A DNA stretch of 64,000 nucleotides from Tagaea sp. (GTDB taxonomy: Bacteria > Pseudomonadota > Alphaproteobacteria > CACIAM-22H2). The notes under the pieces were generated by a model, which had not been told where the DNA came from, searched no databases, and was given only the letters and a program-made list of their open reading frames with translations. Position 1 is the stretch's first letter; every line of letters begins with the position of its first letter. Below are positions 1-9,501 of this stretch, in pieces. The translations under genes were made by a program, and so were the position numbers. The stretch covers positions 23,309-87,308 of the forward strand of contig JBGAKN010000004.1 in assembly GCA_044224405.1 (NCBI GenBank). The letters run 5' to 3'.

Positions 1-416
1 GCACCCGTTTCGATCAGATCGACCTGCGTGTCGGCGAGCGAAAGCTCAAGCTTCAAGTCGGGAAAGCGCTGGGAGAACTCAGGCAGCGCCGGCACGAGCT
101 GATGAATGCCGAATGCGTTCCCGCAATTGATCCGCAATAGTCCACGTGGCCGCTCGCGGAAGCCGGCCACCTCCGCTTCCGCGCTGCGGATATCCTCCAC
201 GATCCGGCGTGCTCGCTCGAAATAGGCCTCGCCTTCCGGCGTCAGCGACAGCTTTCGCGTCGTACGCTTCATCAGGCTTACGCCGAGGCGCGCCTCGAGC
301 CGCGCGACGAGCTTCGACAGCGCCGACGGCGTCAATTTCAATGCCTTCGCTGCCGCCGAGAAGCTGGCTCGCTCCACCGTCTCGACGAATGCCGACATCT
401 CACCGGAACGGTCCAT
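1..416 (-). CDS. LysR-family transcriptional regulator (3' part runs off the window)
   Basis: Manual translation MDRSGEMSAFVETVERASFSAAAKALKLTPSALSKLVARLEARLGVSLMKRTTRKLSLTPEGEAY is a LysR N-terminal HTH; not in ORF track because it is truncated. Confidence 0.92.
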   Translation of the reverse strand, partial: MDRSGEMSAFVETVERASFSAAAKALKLTPSALSKLVARLEARLGVSLMKRTTRKLSLTPEGEAYFERARRIVEDIRSAEAEVAGFRERPRGLLRINCGNAFGIHQLVPALPEFSQRFPDLKLELSLADTQVDLIETG

Positions 417-434
417 ATGGCCCCGCTTCATTCA

Positions 435-447
435 TGACTAATATTCA
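435..447. promoter_or_regulatory. Candidate LysR binding site (T-N11-A)
   Basis: TGA-CTAATAT-TCA dyad between the LysR start and a divergent small ORF. Confidence 0.45.
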
Positions 448-526
448 CAAATCATAGTCCAAAGACACGGATTATCGCCAGAACGAATCCGCTGCATCGT
501 CCTCTCATCAGATCGAGGAGATCCAG

Positions 527-700
527 ATGCCGCACATTTCCGCCGAAATCATGGAATCGCATATCGCCAACGCGCAGAAGCTGCGAATTGCGGCTTACGG
601 GTCGGTGTTCGCAGCGTTGCTACGCCGGGCCGACGCCATCCAGAAAGCGATCGCCGCCAGGCTGCACACGCCCAGCAGCACCCACAGCACGGCAGCGTAG
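527..700 (+). CDS. Small protein (57 aa) divergent from LysR, RSP_7527-like
   Basis: GAGGAG RBS at 515-520; MPHISAEIMESHIANAQKLRIAAYGSVFAALLRR...; overlaps the 3' end of the opposite MFS gene. Confidence 0.5.
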   Translation: MPHISAEIMESHIANAQKLRIAAYGSVFAALLRRADAIQKAIAARLHTPSSTHSTAA

Positions 701-1794
701 CCGCCCCACCCCCAGATCGCCGCTGCGGCGACGGGCGCGACGGCGCGGGCCGTGTTTGCCGGAAACGACAACGCGCCGCTGATCGTCGCATAGCCGCGCG
801 GCCCCATCAGTTCGGGGACGATCGTTCCACGGACGATCGTCATCATCCCGTTCGATGCGCCATAGAGTATCGCGAACAGGAACAGGACCGGCACCGAGGC
901 GCCTGCCCCCATCATCAGCAGGATGGAAAACGGCAACAGGACGATCGCGACCCGACCGGTCGATCGCGCGTCGACACGGCTCCCAAGTACCATGAGCACG
1001 ATCCGCCCGGCGACCTGCATGGGGCCGATCGTCACCCAGACCGCGACGATCATGCCGGCTGCGACCGACCGTTCGGCGAGCATTGGGATCAGATGGAAGA
1101 TCATCGCCGCACCGGTGAAGTTGTATCCGAAATAGGCGACCGCAATTCCCCAGAACGCGGGGCGTGCCATCGCGGCCCGCAGTGCCGACGGGCCACTGCC
1201 CGCGGTCGCATCCGCGGCCGCCGCAGCCGCGCCCTTGGCCTTTGTACCCGGCAGCACGGCTAGGTGGAGCCCGCCAGCGACGACCGCCACGATGAATCCG
1301 AGCACGCGGAGCGCGATGCGCCAGTCCCAGCCGTCGACGAGCCATTGGGCAAACGGAACAAAGACCGTGCTGGCTAGACCGCCGACGAATGTCAGATAGA
1401 GGATGCCGCGTCGCCATTCGGAAACATTTGCCGCGATCACGGCGAACGCGGGTTCATAGAGCGTGGCAGCGAGCGTCACGCCGAGCAGCGCCCACACCGC
1501 ATAGAGCTGCCACGGCGTATCGACATAAGACCAGACCACCAACAGCATCCCGCCGACGACCGATCCGAGAGTCATCGGCCAGAACGCGCCGCGCCGGTCG
1601 ATCCATTGCCCAACCCAAATCGCGGATATGCCCGCGACCAACAATCCGATCGTCAGCGCGCCATTGGTCTGCGTCTTGGCCCACCCGAGTTCCGCTTCCA
1701 TCGGCGTGACGACGACGGCGAATCCGTAATAGAGCGCGCCCCAGACGACGAGCTGTCCGAGCGAAAGTATTCCGACGAGCCGCCACTCGGCCAT
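595..1794 (-). CDS. MFS transporter
   Basis: About 12 hydrophobic segments; motif A-like GQWIDRRG. Confidence 0.9.
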   Translation of the reverse strand: MAEWRLVGILSLGQLVVWGALYYGFAVVVTPMEAELGWAKTQTNGALTIGLLVAGISAIWVGQWIDRRGAFWPMTLGSVVGGMLLVVWSYVDTPWQLYAVWALLGVTLAATLYEPAFAVIAANVSEWRRGILYLTFVGGLASTVFVPFAQWLVDGWDWRIALRVLGFIVAVVAGGLHLAVLPGTKAKGAAAAAADATAGSGPSALRAAMARPAFWGIAVAYFGYNFTGAAMIFHLIPMLAERSVAAGMIVAVWVTIGPMQVAGRIVLMVLGSRVDARSTGRVAIVLLPFSILLMMGAGASVPVLFLFAILYGASNGMMTIVRGTIVPELMGPRGYATISGALSFPANTARAVAPVAAAAIWGWGGYAAVLWVLLGVCSLAAIAFWMASARRSNAANTDP

Positions 1795-1872
1795 CTATCC
1801 CCGCTTGCGAGTCTTCCAATAGCGACCGCGCCCATGCAACATGCCCGCACGGCAACCGACGAGGCAAGAACC

Positions 1873-3165
1873 ATGGCCGACGAAAAGTTCGATTTCGCCA
1901 CGCGCGCGATCCATGCCGGATCGACGCCCGATCCGACGACCGGCGCGCGATCCACGCCGATTTACCAGACGACAGCCTATGTCTTCGACGATGTCGATCA
2001 TGCCGCCTCGCTCTTCAATCTGCAGACCTTCGGCTACATCTATTCGCGCCTGACAAATCCGACCGTTGCCGTCCTCGAGGAGCGGATCGCCAATCTCGAA
2101 GGCGGACGGGCGGCGGTCTGCGCGGCGTCCGGGCATGCCGCGCAGTTGCTCGCGTTCTTTTCGATCATGGAGCCGGGCGACGAGTTCGTCGCGAGCCGGA
2201 ACCTCTATGGCGGCTCGATCACCCAGTTCATGCACGCGTTCCGCAAATTCGGATGGGTCTGCAAGTTCGTCGATCCGGGCGATCCGCAGAACTTCAAGCG
2301 CGCCTTGACGCCGAAGACGAAAGCGATCTTCTGCGAAGTTCTCGCCAATCCCGGCGGGAGCATCGTCGATCTCGAACCGATCGCAGAAATCGCCCGTGAA
2401 GCGAAAATCCCGCTGATGGTCGACAACACGCTTGCGACGCCATTCCTGTGCCGGCCTTTCGACTGGGGCGCCGACATCGTCCTGCACTCGACCACCAAGT
2501 TTCTGTCCGGTCACGGCAATGCGATGGGCGGCGCCATCGTCGAAAGCGGTCGCTTCGACTGGTTCGGGACCGGCGGAAAGTTCCCCTCGATGACCGAGCC
2601 GGACCCCGCCTATCACGGACTCAAATTCGCCGAGACGTTCGGCGATTTCGGCTATTCGATGAAGACGCGCGCCGTCGGCCTGCGCGATCTCGGGCCGACG
2701 ATGGCGCCACTCAATGCCTTCCTGACCATCACCGGCATCGAGACTCTGCACCTGCGCATGCCCAGGCACGCCGAGAATGCGCTGGCCGTGGCGGATTTCC
2801 TGCAGTCGCACCCCGCTGTCGCGTGGGTATCCTATGCAGGACTGCCCGGCAGCCCGTATCACGCGCTTGCCCGAAAATACATGCCCAAGGGACCGGGTTC
2901 GGTCTTCACCTTTGGCGTCAAGGGCGGCTACGACGCGGGCGTGGCGCTCGTCGAAGGCGTCGAGCTTTTCAGCCATCTTGCGAATGTCGGCGACACGCGC
3001 TCGCTGATCATCCATCCGGCATCGACGACGCACCGCCAGCTGACCACCGAACAGCAGATCGCCGCCGGTGCCGGGCCGGATACGATCCGCCTGTCGGTCG
3101 GGCTCGAAAGCGCGGACGACCTGATCCGGGATCTGTCGGTCGCGCTCGGGCGCGTCCCGAAATAG
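1873..3165 (+). CDS. metY: O-acetylhomoserine aminocarboxypropyltransferase (sulfhydrylase), PLP-dependent
   Basis: PIYQTTAY, YSRLTNPT, HSTTKFLSGHG (PLP Lys), HLANVGD, HPASTTH; GAGG RBS at 1861. Confidence 0.93.
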   Translation: MADEKFDFATRAIHAGSTPDPTTGARSTPIYQTTAYVFDDVDHAASLFNLQTFGYIYSRLTNPTVAVLEERIANLEGGRAAVCAASGHAAQLLAFFSIMEPGDEFVASRNLYGGSITQFMHAFRKFGWVCKFVDPGDPQNFKRALTPKTKAIFCEVLANPGGSIVDLEPIAEIAREAKIPLMVDNTLATPFLCRPFDWGADIVLHSTTKFLSGHGNAMGGAIVESGRFDWFGTGGKFPSMTEPDPAYHGLKFAETFGDFGYSMKTRAVGLRDLGPTMAPLNAFLTITGIETLHLRMPRHAENALAVADFLQSHPAVAWVSYAGLPGSPYHALARKYMPKGPGSVFTFGVKGGYDAGVALVEGVELFSHLANVGDTRSLIIHPASTTHRQLTTEQQIAAGAGPDTIRLSVGLESADDLIRDLSVALGRVPK

Positions 3166-3168
3166 CAT

Positions 3169-4404
3169 CTATTCCGCCGGCTGGACCTGTGCCGTGTCGG
3201 TCGCGGCAATCACTGAGGCTCTGTCGTTGGGCAGGAACGCGCCTATCAGCGCGACGAGCGCGGCGCAAATGCCGAGCAGGATGAACAGCCAGAAGAAGCC
3301 ACCTGTCCGGTCGTAGATCTGGCCCACGAGCGGCACGCATGCCGCGGCAACGCCAAGTGCGAGCACGAACTTCGCACCGTAGGCTGTCCCGCGCCATTTA
3401 CCCGGCGTAAAATGGGCGAGCATCCCGTTTTCCGAGGGCAGCGCGCCGACATTGACGAACACCATCGCGACCGCGACAAAAAGCAGCGGCCACGAGTCGA
3501 GATATGCCGCGAATATCAGGATCGGCGCCTGGATAACGAAGGCCACAACGTAGACGTTCTTCATCGCGTACCGATCGGCAAGGCGACCGCCGAAATATTG
3601 CGCCGTCGCCCCGAAAAGATAGACGAGCGTGACGAGGGCGCCCGCTCCGAGCGCCCCGCCATCGGTCACGTCCGACAGGCGGTCGGCGAATAGCTTGGGC
3701 AGCATCACCATGAACGTCGATCCGATAAGGCCGACAAAGGTCATCGTGAAAGACAGTAGAACGAAAGCGCGTACGGCATCGTTGCGTGTCGGCTCCGGGA
3801 CGGGCCGGACATCACGGGCCGTATCGATCACGAGCCCGCGTCGCGCACAAACGAGCAGCGCCAACCCGATCGCGACGGATGTGATCCCGGGTATCACGAA
3901 CGCGGCACGCCACGAGATGAGATCGGTTAGAACGCCGGCCACGAGCGGGCCCAGCGCAATTCCGATCGCGCCGTAAACTCCATTCACGCCGAGGGCGCGT
4001 CCGCGATTGACCGCCGTCCGGACGAGCCACGCCATTCCCACCGGATGGTAGATCGACGCGAACAGGCCGATGGCCGCGAGCCCGACGGCCACCTCGAAGG
4101 GCGAACGCGCGGCTCCCGTCGCGATCGCGGCTGCGCCGGTCCCGACGAAATAGACGATCATCATGCCGACGGCGGACCAGCGATCGCCAATCCAGCCCGC
4201 CGGCAAGGCAGCAGCACCGAAAAGGATCTGCCCGGCGAGCATCAGCGTGATCAACTCGCCGTAGGAAAGCCCCCAACTCCGCTCAAGAGCGATGACGACG
4301 GTGGGGAAGAGCATCGTCATCAGATGCGAATAGGCGTGCCCGACATTGGAAAATGCCTGGGCGAGTTGTGGCAGAGCGGTCCGGCGGGGGGTAGCGGCGG
4401 TCAT
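3169..4404 (-). CDS. MFS transporter (Fsr-like)
   Basis: 12-TM pattern; GWIGDRWS and GRLADRY motifs, SIYHP. Confidence 0.9.
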   Translation of the reverse strand: MTAATPRRTALPQLAQAFSNVGHAYSHLMTMLFPTVVIALERSWGLSYGELITLMLAGQILFGAAALPAGWIGDRWSAVGMMIVYFVGTGAAAIATGAARSPFEVAVGLAAIGLFASIYHPVGMAWLVRTAVNRGRALGVNGVYGAIGIALGPLVAGVLTDLISWRAAFVIPGITSVAIGLALLVCARRGLVIDTARDVRPVPEPTRNDAVRAFVLLSFTMTFVGLIGSTFMVMLPKLFADRLSDVTDGGALGAGALVTLVYLFGATAQYFGGRLADRYAMKNVYVVAFVIQAPILIFAAYLDSWPLLFVAVAMVFVNVGALPSENGMLAHFTPGKWRGTAYGAKFVLALGVAAACVPLVGQIYDRTGGFFWLFILLGICAALVALIGAFLPNDRASVIAATDTAQVQPAE

Positions 4405-4496
4405 GCCGTCAAGAATGCGGCGGGACCGCTAATGCGGCAACATTCCAAATGTCACCTTACAACTACCCGCCCCTCCGGCTCACCGACTCTCGAAAG

Positions 4497-4883
4497 TTAA
4501 CGCCGGTAGTAGGCCAAAATGGCGACCCGAACTTTCGATGCAAACCGGCTGCGTCCATGGATCCGCTCGATGTCGAGCAGCACGCCCGAGATGGTCGAAC
4601 GCTGCTCGCGGGAGATCTCGCCAAGCGCCGTCCAGAACTCCGGCTCGAGCCGGATAGAAGTGCGCCGCGACCCGATCCAGACGCTGCGCGGCGTAATTTC
4701 AATGCAGGGATATGAAGGCTTTGCGGGCTTTGCGCCGCCAGGTGCCGGCTGCGCCTCGGCTTCCACGGGCGGCGTGACCGGCGAGATGCGCGGCTTCAGG
4801 GACGTCGGCTGCTGGACGACCTGCCCAGGCTCTGTCGAGAGGGGGCGGATGCGAAGCGTGCGGGCGGTGTTGTCGGGTGCCAT
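4497..4883 (-). CDS. Ribbon-helix-helix (RHH_4-type) DNA-binding protein
   Basis: RSVWIGSRRTSIRLEPEFWTALGEI...FASKVRVAILAYYR; AGGAG RBS before ATG 4883; Pro-rich N-terminus. Confidence 0.85.
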   Translation of the reverse strand: MAPDNTARTLRIRPLSTEPGQVVQQPTSLKPRISPVTPPVEAEAQPAPGGAKPAKPSYPCIEITPRSVWIGSRRTSIRLEPEFWTALGEISREQRSTISGVLLDIERIHGRSRFASKVRVAILAYYRR

Positions 4884-4985
4884 TGTATGGTTTCTCCTGT
4901 TGGTTCCGGAACGACCTATGAATACAATCGCAGAGCCTCTAGGCATTTCTACTGGCTCAGAAGCGCAGAACTGCAGGAGCTGTTC

Positions 4986-5010
4986 CGTCAATTTTCCAAA
5001 GGATTTGACG
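4986..5010. promoter_or_regulatory. Inverted repeat with back-to-back TTGACG hexamers
   Basis: CGTCAA-TTTTCCAAAGGAT-TTGACG in the divergent RHH/XRE spacer. Confidence 0.35.
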
Positions 5011-5138
5011 AGGCATTTTCGAGCCGCAGCAACATTTCCGAAGAATGCTTCCACACACTTCGCATCGCCCCGGAACCTGCTAGGATCGAAACGACTCAAA
5101 ACTCCCCCAGGACCACTTGGGCAGCCGGACCTCCTCCC

Positions 5139-5540
5139 ATGGCGGAAATCGATCTAATTGAAAACTTCCGCGCGGCACTCGCGCGACGGGGAATTTCGAT
5201 AAAGGAAGCCGCACGCATGTGCAGCATCCATTCCGATACGCTTGAGCGCCTGTTGGGCGGTCGCACGCGCAAGCTCGATGCGCAGATGCTCGACCGTATC
5301 GCGGCATGTGCGGCGCTTCGCCGGAACGACTGGCATGATCGCCATCGCTTCATCGCCGAGGTGTTCGATCTGCCGCTGGCGCCGGAGACCACGCCCCGCC
5401 TCGACAACCAAATCGCGATCCTGATGGCGCGGGTCGCGCAGCTGGAAGGAAGTGGCGAGCCGAGTCACAAATCGGCTCCACAGCCTGCCGCTTCCCGGCC
5501 AGATGCAGTTTCGGCCGACCTGAAGCCGGAGCCGAAATAG
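5139..5540 (+). CDS. XRE/Cro-C1 type HTH protein
   Basis: FRAALARRGISIKEAARMCSIHSDTLERLLGGRTRKL fits a Cro/C1 HTH; start uncertain. Confidence 0.7.
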   Translation: MAEIDLIENFRAALARRGISIKEAARMCSIHSDTLERLLGGRTRKLDAQMLDRIAACAALRRNDWHDRHRFIAEVFDLPLAPETTPRLDNQIAILMARVAQLEGSGEPSHKSAPQPAASRPDAVSADLKPEPK

Positions 5541-5575
5541 CCGATGCTGCCGGCGTCTGACGCCGGCAGCATCGG
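5541..5575. terminator. Perfect hairpin between convergent XRE genes (probable bidirectional terminator)
   Basis: CCGATGCTGCCGGCGTC-T-GACGCCGGCAGCATCGG, a 17-bp perfect inverted repeat. Confidence 0.7.
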
Positions 5576-5590
5576 GAAATACCCTAACTT

Positions 5591-6028
5591 CTACTTCGCC
5601 GCGAGCGCTGCCAGCATCGTCTTGAGGCGCTTCTTCAGCCGCTCGTCCTGGATCGATGCGATCTTGCGGGCGATCTTCGCGGTCTCGTCGTCGATCTTGC
5701 GCTCCGCCTTGCTCGGCATGGCGGCCTTCATCTCGGTCTTCGGAGAGCCGAGACCCTCGAAGAAATAGACGACCTGGACGCCGAGCACGGCAGCGAACTG
5801 CCAGAGGCGCGATGCCGAAACCCGGTTCGCTCCATTCTCGTACTTCTGGATCTGCTGGAATGTGATCCCACATGCCTGTGCGAGCGCAGTCTGCGACATG
5901 CCGAGTTCGATGCGCCGACGCCTGACATTGCGCCCGACCTGAACGTCGACCGGAGTGGTGCGACGGGTCTCCGCACGCGAACGGCGGCGCTTCGGCTTGA
6001 CGCGAGAAGGCATATCAGAACTGCTCAT
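5591..6028 (-). CDS. XRE-family regulator (PraR/PhrR-like)
   Basis: VDVQVGRNVRRRRIELGMSQTALAQACGITFQQIQKYENGANRVSASRL; AGGAG RBS. Confidence 0.92.
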   Translation of the reverse strand: MSSSDMPSRVKPKRRRSRAETRRTTPVDVQVGRNVRRRRIELGMSQTALAQACGITFQQIQKYENGANRVSASRLWQFAAVLGVQVVYFFEGLGSPKTEMKAAMPSKAERKIDDETAKIARKIASIQDERLKKRLKTMLAALAAK

Positions 6029-6468
6029 TGTTAGGCTCCTTAGGGACTCAACAGATGCACGGGATATTGCACTCTTACCCCTATTTGTATCTTTGACACA
6101 ACAAATTTGGCGCACAATCGTAGTACCCGTTTTGGCTGCGAACCATTTTGCATACATAACCCCCAATTGGGTTCAAATAATGACATTAAAATTATTCACG
6201 CACGCACTCAAATAAGTACTGTCGACCGGTTTTTAAAGGGGCTTTTCCTGAAGCAGTCAAAAGAACTTGCTTAACATGCAACATATCGTTGGCTGTCCGT
6301 TTCCAAAATTTTACACCCATCGAAGTGCGCTACCAAAGGCTGTGCTGCATTTCGCCGCACCGCCACCTGCGAGTCGCATTGCGCCGAAAATGCCACAAAC
6401 TGCCCTAAAACTTGGCGGAATCGCTTTTCGAGGATAGATTGGCTGTCCCTCGCACAAATGTCGGGTCG

Positions 6469-6804
6469 ATGCCTTCTTCGCCAATTCCCTTTCCGGTGCG
6501 CCGCGTGTCCGGATTCGACGAGCCGCCTGCCCCACCCCGGGATACCGATAGCAGGCCAAAAGGCCTGCCGCCGGCTCCGGGCGAACCGACGGCGCTGCAA
6601 CGCGCATGGCTCGAACGCGGCCTTGCGCAGCCCGGGGGCAAACTGCCGCTGTTCTTCGGCGACGCACGCAAGGTCGATCCGCGGACCGTGAAGGCATGTA
6701 TCGACAAAGGATGGTGCGAGCCCTGGTACGTCAATCCGACCAAGCCGGACTGGCTTGTCTGCAAACTTACAGATAAAGGGCGCGGCCTTTTCGCGGCAGC
6801 CTGA
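6469..6804 (+). CDS. Hypothetical protein, possible winged helix
   Basis: Protein-like composition; RAWLERGLAQPGGKLPLF...ACIDKGWCEPW...LVCKLTDKGR; start could be 6412. Confidence 0.7.
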   Translation: MPSSPIPFPVRRVSGFDEPPAPPRDTDSRPKGLPPAPGEPTALQRAWLERGLAQPGGKLPLFFGDARKVDPRTVKACIDKGWCEPWYVNPTKPDWLVCKLTDKGRGLFAAA

Positions 6805-6808
6805 TTTC

Positions 6809-8026
6809 GTGAAAACTGTCCAGAATGGCTTCGTCGCGCAAGTCGCGCGCTGCTTCCTGCCCTTTGCGGCGGGCTATTTCCTGTCTTATGCATTCAGGGC
6901 GGTCAACGCGGCGATCGGTCCGGACCTGTCCCGTGACCTCGGATTGGGGCCCGGATCGTTCGGCGCGATCACATCCGTCTATTTCGCGACTTTCGCGCTC
7001 GCCCAACTGCCGCTTGGCGTCGCCCTCGACAGATGGGGGCCGCGTCGGACGGAAGCGACGCTGCTGTGCGCCGCTGCTGTCGGAGCCGTCATTTTCGCGC
7101 ATGCGGCGGACACGGGCGAATTGCTGGCCGGGCGCGCCCTGATCGGCCTCGGCGTCTCATCGTGTCTGATGGCGGCTTTCAAGGCGAATTCCCTGTTCTG
7201 GCCGATTTCGCGGCTGCCGCTGGCGAACGGCCTCCTGATGGGGTTCGGCGGGCTCGGGGCCGCGAGCGCGACCATTCCGGTCGAGATGCTGCTCAAGGTC
7301 AGCGACTGGCGCAGCGTGATCGATCTCATGGCGGTCGCAACGGTCGCGGTCGCGGCATTGATATGGCTCGCGTCGCCAGATCCGGCACCCGCCACGAAGT
7401 CGGCAACCTTCGCCGATCAGGCCCGCGGCATCGTGCGCTTGCTCGCGGGCGCGCCGTTCTGGCGCATAACGGCGCTTACCGGCATTTCACACGGAACGTA
7501 CCTCGCCTACCAGACCCTCTGGGCAGGGCCATGGATGCGCGACGTCGCAGGGCTCGATCGCGCCGATATCGCCGTCGGGATGGCACTGGTAACCGGCATG
7601 ATGGCGTTTGGATATCCGATGCTCGGCGCGATCGCCGACCGGCTGTCCGCGCGCGGGCTTTCGACCGCCGACACTTTTGGAATTTACGCGACGCTGTTCA
7701 TTCTGCTCCAGATTCCGCTGGCCGCGGGATGGTCAAGCTGGCCGCTCGCCTGCTGGGCGGCGTTCGGCTTTCTCGGATGCGGCACCGTCGTCGGCTATGC
7801 CGCCTTGACGCAGGCTTCGCCGCCGGAAATGGCTGGCCGGGTCAACGCCGCGATAAATCTTGTGGTTTTTCTCGTCGCGTTTGCCGTCCAGTGGGGTGTC
7901 GGCGCGACCTTGACCGGCTATGCATCCGATCCCGCGATCGGACATACTGTCGCACTATCGACCGTGACCGGGTTGCAAATTCTGGCATGGCTGTGGTTCA
8001 TACTCGGCAGAATCCGGCGCAATTGA
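6809..8026 (+). CDS. MFS transporter
   Basis: 12-TM pattern, GVALDRWGPRR motif A; GTG start just after the upstream stop. Confidence 0.9.
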   Translation: MKTVQNGFVAQVARCFLPFAAGYFLSYAFRAVNAAIGPDLSRDLGLGPGSFGAITSVYFATFALAQLPLGVALDRWGPRRTEATLLCAAAVGAVIFAHAADTGELLAGRALIGLGVSSCLMAAFKANSLFWPISRLPLANGLLMGFGGLGAASATIPVEMLLKVSDWRSVIDLMAVATVAVAALIWLASPDPAPATKSATFADQARGIVRLLAGAPFWRITALTGISHGTYLAYQTLWAGPWMRDVAGLDRADIAVGMALVTGMMAFGYPMLGAIADRLSARGLSTADTFGIYATLFILLQIPLAAGWSSWPLACWAAFGFLGCGTVVGYAALTQASPPEMAGRVNAAINLVVFLVAFAVQWGVGATLTGYASDPAIGHTVALSTVTGLQILAWLWFILGRIRRN

Positions 8027-8061
8027 CCGCCGGACGCCGAGCGGTCGGGGACGGAGCCTTC

Positions 8062-8286
8062 ATGTTCAAGAGAAAGAAGTTCGAGTTCGCCATTTTCAAC
8101 GAGCACGTCCGTGCGGCCGTCGCGCGTGGCGAACAGCACAAGATCTACAAGGACGAGTGGCAGAACCAGCATTTCATCGAAATGACCGCCATGAATGAAA
8201 AGGACGCGACCGCGCGCATCCGTGCGCGCTATCCGCAGGAACAGGGGTTCGTGATCCTCGCATGCAAGGAAATCCCATCGGACTGA
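8062..8286 (+). CDS. Hypothetical protein (74 aa)
   Basis: GGAG RBS; MFKRKKFEFAIFNEHVRAAVARGEQHK...RYPQEQGFVI; host-like codon usage. Confidence 0.7.
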   Translation: MFKRKKFEFAIFNEHVRAAVARGEQHKIYKDEWQNQHFIEMTAMNEKDATARIRARYPQEQGFVILACKEIPSD

Positions 8287-9437
8287 TCCTGCGCGCGTTG
8301 GCGGTCCTGGCATGGCTCGTCCATGCCATTCCGGCCCATGCGCAGGACGTCGCCTCGCCGCTCGAAGATCCGACGGGATTCTGGCTCGTGGCCGAGACCG
8401 GCCCGCCGGTAAATCAGGGGATCGCTTCAATCCCGCTTCTGGGGCTCGCCGTCCGAGCGCAGATCGGCAATCCGCGCGCGATCTGGGAAATCCGGCGTGA
8501 AGGCGACGGCTATTCGATCGAAATCCCGTCGAGAAGCCTCGCGTTCAAGGGGCTCGCATTCGGCGGGCGGAAATTTCACGCCGAAGCGCCGGATACCGGC
8601 ACGCCATCGGGAAAAATCGTCCTTGACGCGACCATCGCCGATGGACGCCTTACCGGCCGCCTCGCCTACCCGAACTACGCGTTCGAACTCGACGGCCGGC
8701 TGCCGGAATCGGTGGAAGCCCTGCGCCAGGCCTACGCGGCGGCGAGCGGACGGCTGGCCGAAATCGACGGTCCTTATGTGGTCCCGGAGATCGAAAAGCT
8801 GCGCCAGGAAAACCTGGTGCTGATCGAACGCATCCGCCGGGTCGAAGGTGAACTCCGCCAACGCGGCAGTTCCCCGCGCACGTCGGGGCCGGAATCTGCT
8901 GCGACCACGCCGCGCATTTCGATGCGCGGCGTCGTCGCCGATCTCTCGACGGCACGGCCCACGGCCTTGCGCGCGACGCCGGAAGCGGCGGGTGCGGTCG
9001 TGTCTCAACTTGCCGGCGGAACGCCACTTGTCCGGCTCGGTGAAGCCACCGCCCGCGGGTGGCTGCTGGTTGCGGATGCCCGCGGTACGGTCGGATACGT
9101 CCAGTCGACGCAGACGGCGACGGCGACGCCCGGATCTGCTGCCATGCCTCGTGCGACGCGCGAAATCTCGATCAGCTTTCCACAATGGGACGCCGGCCGG
9201 GCCGGAAAACGCATGGGTGTGGCCGAACCGGGGTTTGTCAGCATTGTCGGGCGGGTCCGTGGCGACGCACCTCTGCGCGACGTCCGGATCTCGGACGCGC
9301 AGACCGTCTTCAATCCCGATGGCAGCTTCACGTCGGTGCTTCCGGTTCCACGCGAAGGCCGGAAGGTCAGGATCGACGCGACGTTCGCGAGCGGTCCGCC
9401 GGCCGTGCTTGAATTCGAAATTCACGTCATAAAATAG
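8262..9437 (+). CDS. Exported protein with coiled coil and SH3-like domain
   Basis: Signal peptide ending AHA-Q; EIEKLRQENLVLIERIRRVEGELR coil; LRATPEAAGAVVSQLAGG...GWLLV...GYVQS resembles SH3b. Confidence 0.7.
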   Translation: MQGNPIGLILRALAVLAWLVHAIPAHAQDVASPLEDPTGFWLVAETGPPVNQGIASIPLLGLAVRAQIGNPRAIWEIRREGDGYSIEIPSRSLAFKGLAFGGRKFHAEAPDTGTPSGKIVLDATIADGRLTGRLAYPNYAFELDGRLPESVEALRQAYAAASGRLAEIDGPYVVPEIEKLRQENLVLIERIRRVEGELRQRGSSPRTSGPESAATTPRISMRGVVADLSTARPTALRATPEAAGAVVSQLAGGTPLVRLGEATARGWLLVADARGTVGYVQSTQTATATPGSAAMPRATREISISFPQWDAGRAGKRMGVAEPGFVSIVGRVRGDAPLRDVRISDAQTVFNPDGSFTSVLPVPREGRKVRIDATFASGPPAVLEFEIHVIK

Positions 9438-9501
9438 TTCTATATTAGGTACTTAAGAGACGTTTTTTGCGTAAAAATATAAGTTGTGGTATGGTTTTGT
9501 C

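Noticed and set aside
1795-1872. SAM riboswitch upstream of metY
   Set aside because: The 78-nt spacer shows no match I can see to SAM-II or SAM-SAH consensus; an Infernal scan would settle it.
1606-1872. N-terminal extensions in the ORF track (metY from 1606, edd from 17966, dppA from 44845, greB from 15595, hexR from 16653 and others)
   Set aside because: The extensions overlap neighbouring genes or promoters; downstream starts have an RBS or stop-start coupling and match family N-termini.
4497-6804. Prophage immunity region or toxin-antitoxin module
   Set aside because: No integrase, replication, structural or toxin gene; the XREs converge rather than diverge, and neither shows a peptidase domain.
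9438-9501. CtrA box in AT-rich spacers (also 6180-6280 and 13444-13470)
   Set aside because: Only single TTAA half-sites; no TTAA-N7-TTAA found.
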